Source of the DNA: Solirubrobacterales bacterium
GTDB taxonomy: Bacteria > Actinomycetota > Thermoleophilia > Solirubrobacterales > 70-9
NCBI GenBank assembly: GCA_036266075.1
Contig: DATANV010000015.1
Span: forward strand, 52,686 to 116,685
Reading direction: 5' to 3'
Length of the DNA: 64,000 nt
The notes beneath the pieces are model-generated. The model was not told the origin of the DNA and ran no database searches. It saw only the letters and a list, made by a program, of their open reading frames with translations. This document shows positions 40,176-50,398 of the stretch, piece by piece (position 1 is the first letter of the stretch; each line of letters begins with the position of its first letter). A program made the position numbers and the translations under genes.

Positions 40176-41173
40176 TGAGCGCGGGCGGCGCGGACGCGGG
40201 GCAGGCGGACCGCACGGACAGGCGCGCCGAGCTGATGCTCGGCGCGCTCTCCGCGGTGGTTTTGCTGCTGATCGCGTTCATGATCGTCTTCGTCTTCTCG
40301 AAGGCCTGGCCGTCCTTCTCGCACAACGGTCTCGCCTGGTTCGGCCCCGGCGGCAACGTCGACGAACAGCTGACTGCGATCTTCAACTCGCCGTCGAACC
40401 CCAGCCAGTACGTCTACGCCCTGCACGCCTGGCCGCTGCTCTACGCAACGGCGCTGATCACCGGCGCTGCCGTCTTCCTGGCGACGGCGATCTCGCTGCT
40501 CTCGGCGATGTTCATCGTCGAGTTCGCACCGGCCTGGCTGGCCGGGATCCTGCAGCCGGTCATCCGCCTGTTGGCCGCGGTCCCGTCGGTGATCTACGGC
40601 CTGATCGGCCTGCTGGTGCTGGTGCCCTTCGTCGGCAACCAGGTGATCTCCGGCGCCGAAAAGGAATCGGTGCAGTTCGTGATCCAGCTCGACGGCACCA
40701 GCGTGTTGGTCGGGGTGCTCGTCCTCACCGTGATGATCACGCCGATCATGGTCGCGATCGTCAGCGACGCGCTGCGCTCGGTTCCGCGCGGCTGGACCGA
40801 GGGCGCCGCGGCGCTCGGCGTCAACCGCTGGCGGGCATTGCGCACGGTTGGGCTGCGGGCCGCCCGCCCCGCGATCGTCGCCGCCGCGGTGCTCGCCACG
40901 GCGCGGGCGCTGGGTGAGGCGATCATGCTTTCGATGGTCTCGGGCTCGGTCGGCTTCGCGCCGAACCCGCTTGATGGCGTCACCTTCTTCTTCGAGCCGG
41001 CGCGCACCTTGGCGGCGACGATCGTCGACCACGCCGACGAGCTCTCGGTGACGCCCTCCGGCCAGACGATCTACGCCTTCGCGGCGATCCTGCTGATCTC
41101 CAGCGCCTTCCTTTCCTTCGCCGGCTGGGCGGCGCGGCGCTCGATGCGCAAATACACGCTGCAGGCGCACTAG
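40175..41173 (+). CDS. pstC: Phosphate ABC transporter permease PstC
   Basis: The GTG overlaps the pstS stop by 1 nt. Six-TM permease with an EAA-type loop (EGAAALGVNRWRAL). Confidence 0.88.
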   Translation: MSAGGADAGQADRTDRRAELMLGALSAVVLLLIAFMIVFVFSKAWPSFSHNGLAWFGPGGNVDEQLTAIFNSPSNPSQYVYALHAWPLLYATALITGAAVFLATAISLLSAMFIVEFAPAWLAGILQPVIRLLAAVPSVIYGLIGLLVLVPFVGNQVISGAEKESVQFVIQLDGTSVLVGVLVLTVMITPIMVAIVSDALRSVPRGWTEGAAALGVNRWRALRTVGLRAARPAIVAAAVLATARALGEAIMLSMVSGSVGFAPNPLDGVTFFFEPARTLAATIVDHADELSVTPSGQTIYAFAAILLISSAFLSFAGWAARRSMRKYTLQAH

Positions 41174-41175
41174 CC

Positions 41176-42144
41176 ATGAGCGCCTACGCCGAAAGGATCC
41201 GCCTCACCGGGCTCCTCGATCGCCTGCGAGGCAACGACTCATGGAGCATCGGCGACCGCGTCGGCCTGGCGCTCGCCTGGGCGGCGGGGATCCTGCTCTG
41301 CCTGATCGCCGCCGCGATTGTCCTCTACATGCTCTTCCGCGGCCTGCAGTACCTCAGCCTCGAAGACCTCTTCAGCCACCCTGAGGCCGGCCTCGGTGGG
41401 GGCAGCAGCGGCGGTTTCCTCGACGCGGTCGAGGGGACGCTGCTGGTCGCCGCCCTCGGCACCGTGCTGGCGGCGCCGCTCGGTGTCTCGATCGCCGTCT
41501 GGCTGAGCGAGTACGGCCGTCCGGGCTGGCTGGCGCGGGCCGTCGAGTCGGGGGTCGAGATCGTCGCCGGCACGCCCAGCATCGTCCTCGCGATCTTCGG
41601 CCTGTTGGTCTTCCAGCAGAGCTTCTTCGGCCTCTTCTCGCCGGTCGGCGAAGGGGCGACGCCGCTGGGTCGCTCCTTCGTGATTGCCGGGGCGATGATG
41701 TCGCTGATCGCGCTGCCGCTGGTCGTCGGCGCCACCCGCGAGGCGCTGCAGGCGATCCCGCGGCACCTGCGCGAGGCCTCCTACGCACTCGGCAAGGACC
41801 GGGCCTCGACCATCCGCCGCGTGCTGCTGCCGGCCTCGCGGCGCGGCATCGGCACCGGGATCACGCTCGGCATGGGGCGGATCGTCGGCGATACGGCGAT
41901 CGTCTTCATCCTGCTCGGGGCGACGCTGCGCTTCGAACCGAACGGCGGCGTGCCGGTCTGGGACGTGCTGACCGGCAACGGCAGCACGCTGACCACCTTC
42001 GTCTACAACAACTCGCCGGCGGGCGAAGGCGGCGCCCCGGAGAAGGCCTACGCCGCGGCCTTCGTGCTGCTGCTGATCGTCCTGGTGCTGAACTTCATCG
42101 TCGACCTGATCACCCGTGGTAGGGGGGCCTCGTGGACTCGATGA
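41176..42144 (+). CDS. pstA: Phosphate ABC transporter permease PstA
   Basis: EAA loop REASYALGKDRASTIRRVLLP. Position in the pst operon. Confidence 0.88.
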   Translation: MSAYAERIRLTGLLDRLRGNDSWSIGDRVGLALAWAAGILLCLIAAAIVLYMLFRGLQYLSLEDLFSHPEAGLGGGSSGGFLDAVEGTLLVAALGTVLAAPLGVSIAVWLSEYGRPGWLARAVESGVEIVAGTPSIVLAIFGLLVFQQSFFGLFSPVGEGATPLGRSFVIAGAMMSLIALPLVVGATREALQAIPRHLREASYALGKDRASTIRRVLLPASRRGIGTGITLGMGRIVGDTAIVFILLGATLRFEPNGGVPVWDVLTGNGSTLTTFVYNNSPAGEGGAPEKAYAAAFVLLLIVLVLNFIVDLITRGRGASWTR

Positions 42145-43037
42145 GCGTGCCGCCGCCGGTGCGGCGGATTCGCGTCGAGGAGGCGCCGACCGTCGTCCCG
42201 CCGCCCGCCGGGGGAAACGGCCATGGGCCGGCCGGGCAGCCGGCGCCGCAACTGCGCCGCATGGCCCGCGCCGAGACGGTGCCCGTCGAGCGCATGCGGA
42301 CCGAGGAGCTGAGCATCGCCTACGGCAGCAAGCTGGCCGTCGACCGGGTCTCGTTGAGCGTCCGCCAAGGTGAGGTGCTGGCCCTGATCGGGCCCTCGGG
42401 TTGCGGCAAGACGACGCTGCTGCGTTCGCTCAACCGCCTCGTCGACTTGACCCCCGGAGCGGTGCGCGGTGGCCGCATCCTGCTCGACGGCGAGGACGTC
42501 GACCTCTACGACGCGACCTTTCTGCGGCGTCGCGTCGGGATGCTCTTCCAGCAGCCGAACCCCTTCCCGATGAGCATCTTCGACAACGTCGCCTACGGCC
42601 TGCGCGAGCGCGGCTCGAAGAAGCCGGCAAAGCGCGAGCTGGAGCCGGCGGTGAGTGAGGCTCTGCACCGCGCCGGCCTCTTCGAGGAGGTCAAGGACAA
42701 CCTCGACCACCCGGCGCTGGCGCTCTCGGGTGGCCAGCAGCAGCGCCTCTGCATCGCCCGCTCGCTGGCCGTGCGCCCGGAGGTACTACTGCTCGACGAG
42801 CCCTGCTCGGCGCTCGACCCGATCTCGACCCAGACGATCGAGGAGACGATCGTCGCGCTGCGCAGCGAGATCGCGATCGTGATCGTCACCCACAACCTGC
42901 AGCAGGCCCAGCGGGTCGCCGACCACGTCGCCTTCATGTACCTGGGCGAGATGGTCGAGTACGGCGAGGCGGCGCAGGTCTTCAGCTCGCCGGTCGTCGA
43001 GCGCACCCGCGAGTACGTCAGCGGGGGCTTCGGATGA
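42141..43037 (+). CDS. pstB: Phosphate ABC transporter ATP-binding protein PstB
   Basis: ATGA overlap with pstA. GPSGCGKTT, LSGGQQQRLCIAR, LLLDEPCSALDP. An alternative GTG start lies at 42132. Confidence 0.92.
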   Translation: MSVPPPVRRIRVEEAPTVVPPPAGGNGHGPAGQPAPQLRRMARAETVPVERMRTEELSIAYGSKLAVDRVSLSVRQGEVLALIGPSGCGKTTLLRSLNRLVDLTPGAVRGGRILLDGEDVDLYDATFLRRRVGMLFQQPNPFPMSIFDNVAYGLRERGSKKPAKRELEPAVSEALHRAGLFEEVKDNLDHPALALSGGQQQRLCIARSLAVRPEVLLLDEPCSALDPISTQTIEETIVALRSEIAIVIVTHNLQQAQRVADHVAFMYLGEMVEYGEAAQVFSSPVVERTREYVSGGFG

Positions 43038-43786
43038 CCGCCCAGCTGCTCGCCGCCGCCGGCCTCGCCGCGCTGGCGCTCGGCCTCAGCGCCTGTCAGT
43101 CGACCCAGGACAAGAGCGCCGAGCTCGAAAAGGAGGGCGCCGGCACCCTGATCGCCGAAAAGGGCCTCGAGATCAAGAAGCGGAACCCCGACGTCGAAGT
43201 CGTCTTCAAGGCCCTGCTCGGCAACGCCGAAGGCAACGCGGTCGTCGTCGCAGTGCACAACGACTCCGACGCCGACCTGGTCGACGTGCCGATCCTGATC
43301 GACGTGCGCGATGCCAAGGGCAAGACCGTCTACAGCAACGACATCCCCGGCATCGAGCCGGCGCTTGCCTCGATCTCCTTCATCCCCGCCAACGGCAACG
43401 CCGAATGGGTAGACGACCAGGTCTTCACCACTGGCAAGCCGAAGTCGGTCGACGTGAAGGTCGGCGCCGGCGGCTCGACCTTCCGCGGCGAGATGCCTGC
43501 CATCGAGGTCTCGCAGCCGCACCTGGAAGGCGATCCGGTGTCGGGGATCTCGGCCACCGGCACGGTCGTCAACCGCACCGGCAGCGATCAGGGGCGGCTG
43601 CTGCTCTACGTGGTCGCCCGGCGCGGCGACGAGGTCGTCGCCGCCGGTCGTGGCGCGATCGAACACCTGAAGCCCGAGACTAAAGCGCTGAAATACACCG
43701 TCTTCTTCATCGGCGACCCGAGCGGAGCCGAGCTAAAGCTGACCGAGCTGCCGACGCTCTCCGGGTCGGAGGGGGGCCCGGGATGA
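43034..43786 (+). CDS. Lipoprotein of unknown function (two beta-sandwich-like halves)
   Basis: ATGA overlap with the pstB stop. Lipobox LGLSAC. Confidence 0.7.
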   Translation: MTAQLLAAAGLAALALGLSACQSTQDKSAELEKEGAGTLIAEKGLEIKKRNPDVEVVFKALLGNAEGNAVVVAVHNDSDADLVDVPILIDVRDAKGKTVYSNDIPGIEPALASISFIPANGNAEWVDDQVFTTGKPKSVDVKVGAGGSTFRGEMPAIEVSQPHLEGDPVSGISATGTVVNRTGSDQGRLLLYVVARRGDEVVAAGRGAIEHLKPETKALKYTVFFIGDPSGAELKLTELPTLSGSEGGPG

Positions 43787-44532
43787 CGGAGACTCCGATC
43801 TCGGCGACGCCAGGCCAGACGCAATCTCGGCCCGCTCTGGAGCTGCCTGCCGACCGTGGCCAGCACGGCGAGCCCTGCCAGGAGTGCGGCGCGCCGCTCG
43901 CCGCCGACCAGCGCTACTGCCTCAACTGCGGCCGGCGCCGGGGCGGGGCCCGCGTCGACTATCGCCACTACATGGCGACGGCGGCCGACGCAGGCGAAGC
44001 CGAAGAGCAGGCCTCCCCTCGCTCGGGCCCACTCCCCCCTCAGACAACATCGCCGTCGCAGCCAGCGGCCGACGGGGACGAACCGCAGCGCGACTACGCG
44101 CCACTCGCCGCGGTCGGCGGGATCGCGGTGCTGGGCTTGATGCTGCTTGTCGGCGTCCTGATCGGCAGGGGGGGCGACAGCTCCACCCCGGCGCCGGCGC
44201 CGATTGTCGTTCACGGGAGCGGTGAAGGGGCGGAAGCGTCCACCGCCAAAGAGGGCGGAGCGGGCGCCGGAAAGTCGCCTGCAACGGTGGCCCCGGAGCC
44301 CGGTGGCAAGCAGAAGGGCGGCAGCCTGGCCGGGAGCGGCTCGGCGAAGAGCGAGGAACCGGTCGAAGCCAGCGACGAAGCGCTCGAATCGCTGCACTCC
44401 CAGAGTGGCGCCAGCTACGAGGAACAGAGCAAGAAGCTGCCCAACGAAATCGCCACGCCAGGCAAGCCGCCGCCGATCGACAAGACCACGGCTCCCGGCG
44501 GGGGCGAAGGCGGAGGGGAAGTGATCAAGTGA
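43783..44532 (+). CDS. Zinc-ribbon membrane protein (N-terminal CxxC..CxxC, one TM, low-complexity exterior)
   Basis: ATGA overlap. CQECGAPLAADQRYCLNCG. TM segment LAAVGGIAVLGLMLLVGVLIG. Confidence 0.7.
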   Translation: MTETPISATPGQTQSRPALELPADRGQHGEPCQECGAPLAADQRYCLNCGRRRGGARVDYRHYMATAADAGEAEEQASPRSGPLPPQTTSPSQPAADGDEPQRDYAPLAAVGGIAVLGLMLLVGVLIGRGGDSSTPAPAPIVVHGSGEGAEASTAKEGGAGAGKSPATVAPEPGGKQKGGSLAGSGSAKSEEPVEASDEALESLHSQSGASYEEQSKKLPNEIATPGKPPPIDKTTAPGGGEGGGEVIK

Positions 44533-44858
44533 GCAGCGACCTCGAGAGGCGCCGCGACCGGCTCGCGCGCGAGCTGGTCGACCTGCAGTGGGATCTTGGC
44601 GGCATCGCCTACGAGATGGCGATCCGCGATCACTTCCGGCTCGACGTGCTGACCCGCCGGGCGGCGAAGCTGCAGCAGGTCGAGGCCGAGCTGAGCGAGG
44701 TCGAGCGGATGCTGAGGCTCGACCAGGCCGGCGCCGCCGGCGCCTGCGGCAACTGCGGCGCGCTCTACGCCCAGGGTGCGGCCTTCTGCTGGCAGTGCGG
44801 CAAGGACCTGATGCCGAGTGCCGCTGCTGCCCTGGGTGCGACGGCGGTCGGCCCGTGA
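44529..44858 (+). CDS. Coiled-coil protein with C-terminal zinc ribbon
   Basis: GTGA overlap. Contains CGNCGALYAQGAAFCWQCG. Confidence 0.65.
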   Translation: MSSDLERRRDRLARELVDLQWDLGGIAYEMAIRDHFRLDVLTRRAAKLQQVEAELSEVERMLRLDQAGAAGACGNCGALYAQGAAFCWQCGKDLMPSAAAALGATAVGP

Positions 44859-46039
44859 AGCGGCTGCTGCGCCGGGGACCGGCGGCCGACCGACTGATCC
44901 GCTGGGCGGCGCTGCCGATCACCAACCGCCGTTGGGCGGCGCCGCTCTCCGCCGTCGCACTCGGCTTCGGGCTCTTCATCGGCGTCGCCATCGGGCCGGG
45001 TGCCTCCGGCACCTTCGCCGGCGCCAGGCAGGTGATCGAAATCCCCGATCTCGGCGGCGAGGGTGAAGCGGAAGCCGGCGAAACGCGCGCGGGCGGCCCG
45101 TCTCCCGCTGGTGGCTCGGCGCTCGGCGCCACCGGCGGCGAAGCCGCGCCCTTCCCGGAAGCCGCACCCCTCGCGGAAGAACCGCTACCGACTTTGACCC
45201 CAGTGGAGGGGGGTCAAAGTCGGTCGGGCGCGCCGGCATCCGCCGACGAAGGCGATGCACCCGCCGAGCCAGAGTCCCAGGATGGCGAGTCGGAAGAGCC
45301 GCTGCTCGGCGGCACGGTCGTCCACGTCAACCCCGCCGCCGGCAGCTACACGGTCGCCGAAGAAGGCGGCGTGATGAGCGCCGTCCACGCCGGCAAGCGG
45401 CCGGCGCTGGGGACACAGGTGGAAGTGCCGATCCGCACGCTCGCGAACGGCACTCTGGTCGAGGCTGGCAAGCGCAAGGCGACCGGCGACGCCGACACGG
45501 TCAGCCTCGCGGGGATCGTCACCTTTGTCGACCCCAACCCTGCCGCACCGGCCTACGCGCTGTCGAATCGTGGCACCTCGCCCTTGATCCGCGTCCATCC
45601 CGACCCGAACGGCGTCCCGGTAGCGTTGCCGGCACTCGGCGCCTACGCGACGGTCAGCGCCGAAATCGAAAAGCCGCAGCCGGGTGCCTCCGTCGGCGGG
45701 CTCTGGCAGAGCAGCCTCAGCACCGGCGGCGCGCCCTTTACCCACGCCGACCTGGCGGGGATCGTCGCCGCGATCCACCCCGAAACCGCCCAGCTGGCGA
45801 TCTCCGCCGACGACGTCCGCGCCGACGGCCAGGACCTGCTGCTCGCCGTGCCGCCGACGATCGACGTCTCGAGGGTCGCGGTCGGCGAATCGGTCCTGGC
45901 AGGTGCCGACATCGGTCCCGGCGGCTCGCTCGTCCTGACTGGCTTGGCCAGCGACGAGCACGCCAAGGGCGCCGACGACGAAGCCCCAATCCAGGGCGAT
46001 CTGGTTCCCGCCAAAGTCAACGAAGGAGCGTCCCGATGA
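44855..46039 (+). CDS. Membrane-anchored exported protein of unknown function
   Basis: GTGA overlap. N-terminal TM segment WAAPLSAVALGFGLFIGVAIG. Acidic linker followed by a beta-rich domain. Confidence 0.65.
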   Translation: MKRLLRRGPAADRLIRWAALPITNRRWAAPLSAVALGFGLFIGVAIGPGASGTFAGARQVIEIPDLGGEGEAEAGETRAGGPSPAGGSALGATGGEAAPFPEAAPLAEEPLPTLTPVEGGQSRSGAPASADEGDAPAEPESQDGESEEPLLGGTVVHVNPAAGSYTVAEEGGVMSAVHAGKRPALGTQVEVPIRTLANGTLVEAGKRKATGDADTVSLAGIVTFVDPNPAAPAYALSNRGTSPLIRVHPDPNGVPVALPALGAYATVSAEIEKPQPGASVGGLWQSSLSTGGAPFTHADLAGIVAAIHPETAQLAISADDVRADGQDLLLAVPPTIDVSRVAVGESVLAGADIGPGGSLVLTGLASDEHAKGADDEAPIQGDLVPAKVNEGASR

Positions 46040-46830
46040 GCTCGATGCCGATCTTCACCTCGACGCGGCGCCCGGACCCGGTTCCGCGGCTGCTCTCCGC
46101 CGCCGCGCTGCTCGTCTCGCTGCTGGCGCTGGTCTTCTCGATGGGCGGCGCCGCGCCGGCCAAGAAGGGCGGGGGAGGGGGTGCGCTGGTGCGCCTCGAC
46201 AAGCACGGCAAGATCCCGGCGCGTTACCTGCCGGCAGTCAAGTTCGCGAAGCAGTCCAAGCGGCTCGGCAACGCGACCAAGAAGGACCTGACGGTCAACT
46301 GCCCGATCCCCGATGCGGTCGACCTCGGCACCTGGTGCTTGGAATCCGGCCTCAACCCGGTCCCACCCAAAGACACCGGCAAGAACGACTTCGTCTACGC
46401 GGCGCAGAAATGCGTCCGCGAAGGCGGCTGGCTGCCGACCGCGGCGCAGCTGATCGGCGCCGCGCCGAAGGTCAAGCTGCAGAGCAAGATCGACGACAGC
46501 CCGCTGACCTCCGGCGTCGACGAATTCGCCACCCCGAAAAACGGGATCAAGGACGCCCGCGAGATGAGCGGCGACCTGACGACGACCACCGCCGGCGGTC
46601 GCGCCGCCGGCTCGGAGGGGGTCACGGTCGGCTCCAAAGGGAACGGCAACCTCGGCGAGCCCGACCCGGTGCCGATGCCTGCCGACCCACTGCCCGACAC
46701 GCTCAACTACATCACCGTCTACGACAACTACAACCACGGCGGCTTTGCCGGCGGCGCCCCGGTGGGCGCGCCGGAGAAGTTCCGCTGCGCCTACGCCAAG
46801 GGCTCTCAGGGAACCAAGTTCGGCGACTGA
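46036..46830 (+). CDS. Membrane-anchored protein with DUF1566/Lcl-C-terminal-like domain
   Basis: ATGA overlap. TM segment LLSAAALLVSLLALVFSMGG. YAAQKCVREGGWLPTAAQLIGA and a terminal FRCAY resemble the DUF1566 pattern (tentative). Confidence 0.6.
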   Translation: MSSMPIFTSTRRPDPVPRLLSAAALLVSLLALVFSMGGAAPAKKGGGGGALVRLDKHGKIPARYLPAVKFAKQSKRLGNATKKDLTVNCPIPDAVDLGTWCLESGLNPVPPKDTGKNDFVYAAQKCVREGGWLPTAAQLIGAAPKVKLQSKIDDSPLTSGVDEFATPKNGIKDAREMSGDLTTTTAGGRAAGSEGVTVGSKGNGNLGEPDPVPMPADPLPDTLNYITVYDNYNHGGFAGGAPVGAPEKFRCAYAKGSQGTKFGD

Positions 46831-48938
46831 GACTCGCTGATCCCGAAGCGCTCGTGCAGGCGTCGCAGCGGTGCCGGCGCCCACCAGTTCCACTTGCCGA
46901 GCAGCTCCATCAAGGAGGGGACCAGCAGCGCCCGGATGATGCTGGCATCGATCAGGACCGCCAGCGCGGTGCCTATCCCGTTCTGCTTGACGAAGATGAT
47001 TTTCGAAGTGGCGAAGGCGCCGATCGCGACGGCGAACATCAGCGCCGCCGCGGTGACGATCCGCCCGGTCCGCTCCAGGCCGATCGCCACCGACTCGGAG
47101 TCCGAGGCGCCGTTGTCGCGCGCCTCTTTGATCCGCGAGAGCAGGAAGACGGCGTAGTCGGTGGAGAGACCGAAGGCGACGGCGAAGAGCAGGATCGGCA
47201 TCGTCTGCTCGAGCGCTCCCTGACTGGTGTAGTCGAAGACGCTTTCCAGTCGTCCTTCCTGGAAGATCAGCACCAGCAACCCGAAGACGGCGCTGAGGTT
47301 GAGGAAGTTCATGATCAGCGACTTGATCGGCAGGACGACCGAGCCGGTCATCAGGAAGAGGATCACGAGCGTCGCCAAGACGATGATCGCGGCGGCGATC
47401 GGCAGGTGGCGGGCGAGACTGCTCTGGAAGTCGACGAAGTCCGCGGTGGCGCCGCCCACCCGCAGTCTGGCGCCGGGCACCGCGATCTCGCGGAGCGCTT
47501 CGACCGTCGACTGGCTGGCCTCGGAGCGGAAGCTGTCCGCGGAGATCGTCTCGATCAAACCGAGTCGCGGGGCGATGCGCTGCGGAGGCAGCGCCGCGGC
47601 GACGCCCTCCACCTTCGACACCTGCGCCCGCGTCTTTGCCAGTGCCGCCGGCCCGCCGCCTTCGACGGTGACCCAGATCGGCGTGTCGCGGTAGGGCGGG
47701 AATTCCTCCTGCATCGCGTCGTAGACCTGGCGCGCGCTCGCCTCCTCGGGCAGGATCTGCGGGTCGGCCGAGGTGAACTTGATGCCGAAGAAAGGGATCC
47801 CGAGGACGATCAAAAAGAGCGCGCTCAGCGTCGCCACCGGCGCCGGGCGACGCATCACGAAGCGCGACAGCCGGTACCAGAAGCCCTGCGCGTCGGGTCG
47901 CGTCTCAGCTTCCGCTCGGCGGCGCAGCGCCTTCGGCGCCAGCGAGTCGACGCGGGTACCGAGCAGGGTCAGGACGGCCGGCAGGACGGTCAGCGAGACC
48001 GCAGCCGCCAGCAGCGTCACCAGCGAGCCGCCGAAGCCCATTGAGTAGAGGAAGCGTTGCGGGAAGACGATCAGCGAGGCGAGCGCCGCCGCCACCGTCA
48101 GCGAAGAGAAGAAGACCGTTCGCCCGGCAGTCGCCATCACGCGCCGCATTGCCGCCAGGCCGGGGCCGTCCTTGGCGATCTCCTCGCGGTAGCGGGAGAC
48201 GATGAAGAGGCTGTAATCGATCGCCAGGCCGAGGCCGAGGCCGGTGGTCAGGTTGAGGGCGAAGATCGAGATCGAGCCCACCTCGCTCAGCCCGCGCAGC
48301 ACCAGGAAGGTGCCGATGATCGCCAGCACCCCGATCATCACCGGCAGCAGCGCCGCGACGAGGCTGCGGAAGAAGAGGAAGGAGAAGAAGAAGAGCAGCG
48401 GGACGGCGAGCATCTCGGCCAGTTTCAGGTCTTCCTCGACCTGCTTGTTGACCTGCTCCAGAGAAACCGCGCCGCCGCCGACAATGACGCCGGGCCTGCC
48501 GCTCATCTGCTCGACGACGCTGTCGCCAGCTTCCTGCCACTGCTTGTCGCCGGTCGGCTTCAGGCCGATCGCTAAGTAGGTCGAGTGGCCGTCCCTGGAG
48601 ACGAAGGCCCGCGAGCGCGTCTGGTAGTAGCCGCTGACGTTGGCCACCTCGGGGTTGCTGCGGATCTGCCGCGCGATCGATTCGACCCGCGCTCGGGTGG
48701 CGGGCGAGGAGACCGGTGCGTTGCGGACGATCGCAATCGCCCCGGGGCCGCGAAAGCCGGCGTCGAGCAGCGCCTCGCGGGCTTTGACGCTCTCGGTCGC
48801 CGGGTCGTCGGCGCCGTAGGGGTCGAGGCGCGAGGCGACCGAGCCGCCGAGCGCCCCGGCCAGGACGAAGAAGAGGATCGCGAAGAGGCCGATACGGCGA
48901 GGGTTGCGATCGGTGAAACGGGCGAGCGCGTCGAACAT
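46806..48938 (-). CDS. MMPL-family (RND superfamily) transporter
   Basis: Strong SD GGAGGAAGGGAG before the ATG at 48938. Two 6-TM bundles with large loops, typical MMPL layout. Confidence 0.85.
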   Translation of the reverse strand: MFDALARFTDRNPRRIGLFAILFFVLAGALGGSVASRLDPYGADDPATESVKAREALLDAGFRGPGAIAIVRNAPVSSPATRARVESIARQIRSNPEVANVSGYYQTRSRAFVSRDGHSTYLAIGLKPTGDKQWQEAGDSVVEQMSGRPGVIVGGGAVSLEQVNKQVEEDLKLAEMLAVPLLFFFSFLFFRSLVAALLPVMIGVLAIIGTFLVLRGLSEVGSISIFALNLTTGLGLGLAIDYSLFIVSRYREEIAKDGPGLAAMRRVMATAGRTVFFSSLTVAAALASLIVFPQRFLYSMGFGGSLVTLLAAAVSLTVLPAVLTLLGTRVDSLAPKALRRRAEAETRPDAQGFWYRLSRFVMRRPAPVATLSALFLIVLGIPFFGIKFTSADPQILPEEASARQVYDAMQEEFPPYRDTPIWVTVEGGGPAALAKTRAQVSKVEGVAAALPPQRIAPRLGLIETISADSFRSEASQSTVEALREIAVPGARLRVGGATADFVDFQSSLARHLPIAAAIIVLATLVILFLMTGSVVLPIKSLIMNFLNLSAVFGLLVLIFQEGRLESVFDYTSQGALEQTMPILLFAVAFGLSTDYAVFLLSRIKEARDNGASDSESVAIGLERTGRIVTAAALMFAVAIGAFATSKIIFVKQNGIGTALAVLIDASIIRALLVPSLMELLGKWNWWAPAPLRRLHERFGISESQSPNLVP

Positions 48939-49082
48939 CAGAGTCTCCCTTCCTCCACCGTTCAGGTGGCTCAACGCCCCGCCACGTATACCGCCACTGT
49001 ATGTAGCGCAGTGTGACCTGGCTCACGCCCTCCGTGGGGCTCCTCGCGACTGGCCCTGCCGGACTATCCTCAACCGTTCTCT

Positions 49083-50378
49083 ATGAATGAGGCGAAGTCC
49101 GACATCGTGGTGATGAAGTTCGGCGGCACCTCCGTCGCCGGCGCCGAGGAGATCAAGCGCGCGGCGCGGCGGATCGTCGCCGCCCGCGAGGCCGGCAGCC
49201 GGGTCGTCGCCGTGCTCTCCGCCCGCGGCAAGACGACCGACGAGCTGGTCGCCCAGGCGATGGAGATCTCCGATCGCCCGGTGGCCCGCGAGATGGACAT
49301 GCTGCTCTCGACGGGCGAGCGCATCTCCTGCGCGCTCTGCGCGATGGCGATCCACGACATGGGGCACGACGCGATCTCGCTGACCGGCTCGCAGGCGGGG
49401 ATCGTCACCGACTCCTCGCACACGCGGGCGAAGATCATCGACGTGCGCGCCGACCGCATCCGCGAGACCCTCGCCGAGCGGATCGTGCTCGTCGCCGGCT
49501 TCCAGGGGGTCTCGACCGACAGCCGCGACGTGACCACGCTCGGCCGCGGCGGCTCCGACACGACCGCCGTCGCCCTCGCCGCCGCGCTCGACGCAGCAGT
49601 CTGCGAGATCTACACCGACGTCGCCGGCGTCTACAGCGCCGACCCGCGGATCGTGCCGGAGGCGCGCAAGCTGCCGGTCGCCTCCTACGAGGAGATGCTC
49701 GAGATGTCGGCCTCCGGTGCCCGCGTATTGCAGCTGCGCTCGGTCGAGTACGCCCGCAACCACGGCGTCCGCATCCACTGCCGCAGCAGCTTCGAGGACG
49801 GCCCCGGTACCCTCGTGGTCAGCGAAGAGGAGAGCGAGCAGCAGACCGTGGAGCAACCTTTCGTAACCGCAGTGACCCACTCCGACGGGGAGGCTCGGGT
49901 CACGTTGACCGGCGTCAGCGACGAGCCGGGCGTGGCCGGGCGGATCTTCACCGCGCTGGCCGACGCCGGCATCAACGTCGACGTGATCATCCAGAACGAG
50001 CCGGTCGGCGACGACGCGCTGGCCGACCTCTCCTTCACCGTCGACCGCTCCGATCTGGCAGCCGCCACCGACACGGTCGGCGGCCTCGGCGTCAGCCAGG
50101 GGGTCCGCACCGACGAGCGTATCGGCAAGGTCTCGATCGTCGGCGCCGGCATGCGCTCGCATCCCGGTGTCGCCGCCAAGGTCTTCGCCGTGCTCGGCGG
50201 CGAGGGGATCAACATCGAGATGATCTCCACCTCGCCGATCAAGATCTCCTGCGTCATCTCCGCGGATCGCGTCCCCGACGCGGTTCGCGCCCTGCACGAG
50301 GCCTTCGATCTCGGCGCCGAGTCGGTGCGGCCCGAGAATCCGATGGGCACTGAGCAGCGTCCCACGGTCAGCGGCTGA
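49083..50378 (+). CDS. ask: Aspartate kinase
   Basis: [10 protein letters not shown], and C-terminal tandem ACT domains. Confidence 0.93.
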   Translation: MNEAKSDIVVMKFGGTSVAGAEEIKRAARRIVAAREAGSRVVAVLSARGKTTDELVAQAMEISDRPVAREMDMLLSTGERISCALCAMAIHDMGHDAISLTGSQAGIVTDSSHTRAKIIDVRADRIRETLAERIVLVAGFQGVSTDSRDVTTLGRGGSDTTAVALAAALDAAVCEIYTDVAGVYSADPRIVPEARKLPVASYEEMLEMSASGARVLQLRSVEYARNHGVRIHCRSSFEDGPGTLVVSEEESEQQTVEQPFVTAVTHSDGEARVTLTGVSDEPGVAGRIFTALADAGINVDVIIQNEPVGDDALADLSFTVDRSDLAAATDTVGGLGVSQGVRTDERIGKVSIVGAGMRSHPGVAAKVFAVLGGEGINIEMISTSPIKISCVISADRVPDAVRALHEAFDLGAESVRPENPMGTEQRPTVSG

Positions 50379-50398
50379 GCGGCCGTCATACTCGGCCG

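Noticed and set aside
48975-49082. Riboswitch or leader upstream of ask (lysine or T-box type).
   Set aside because: I recognise no conserved lysine-riboswitch or T-box core elements in this ~110-nt spacer. It is more likely an ordinary promoter region.
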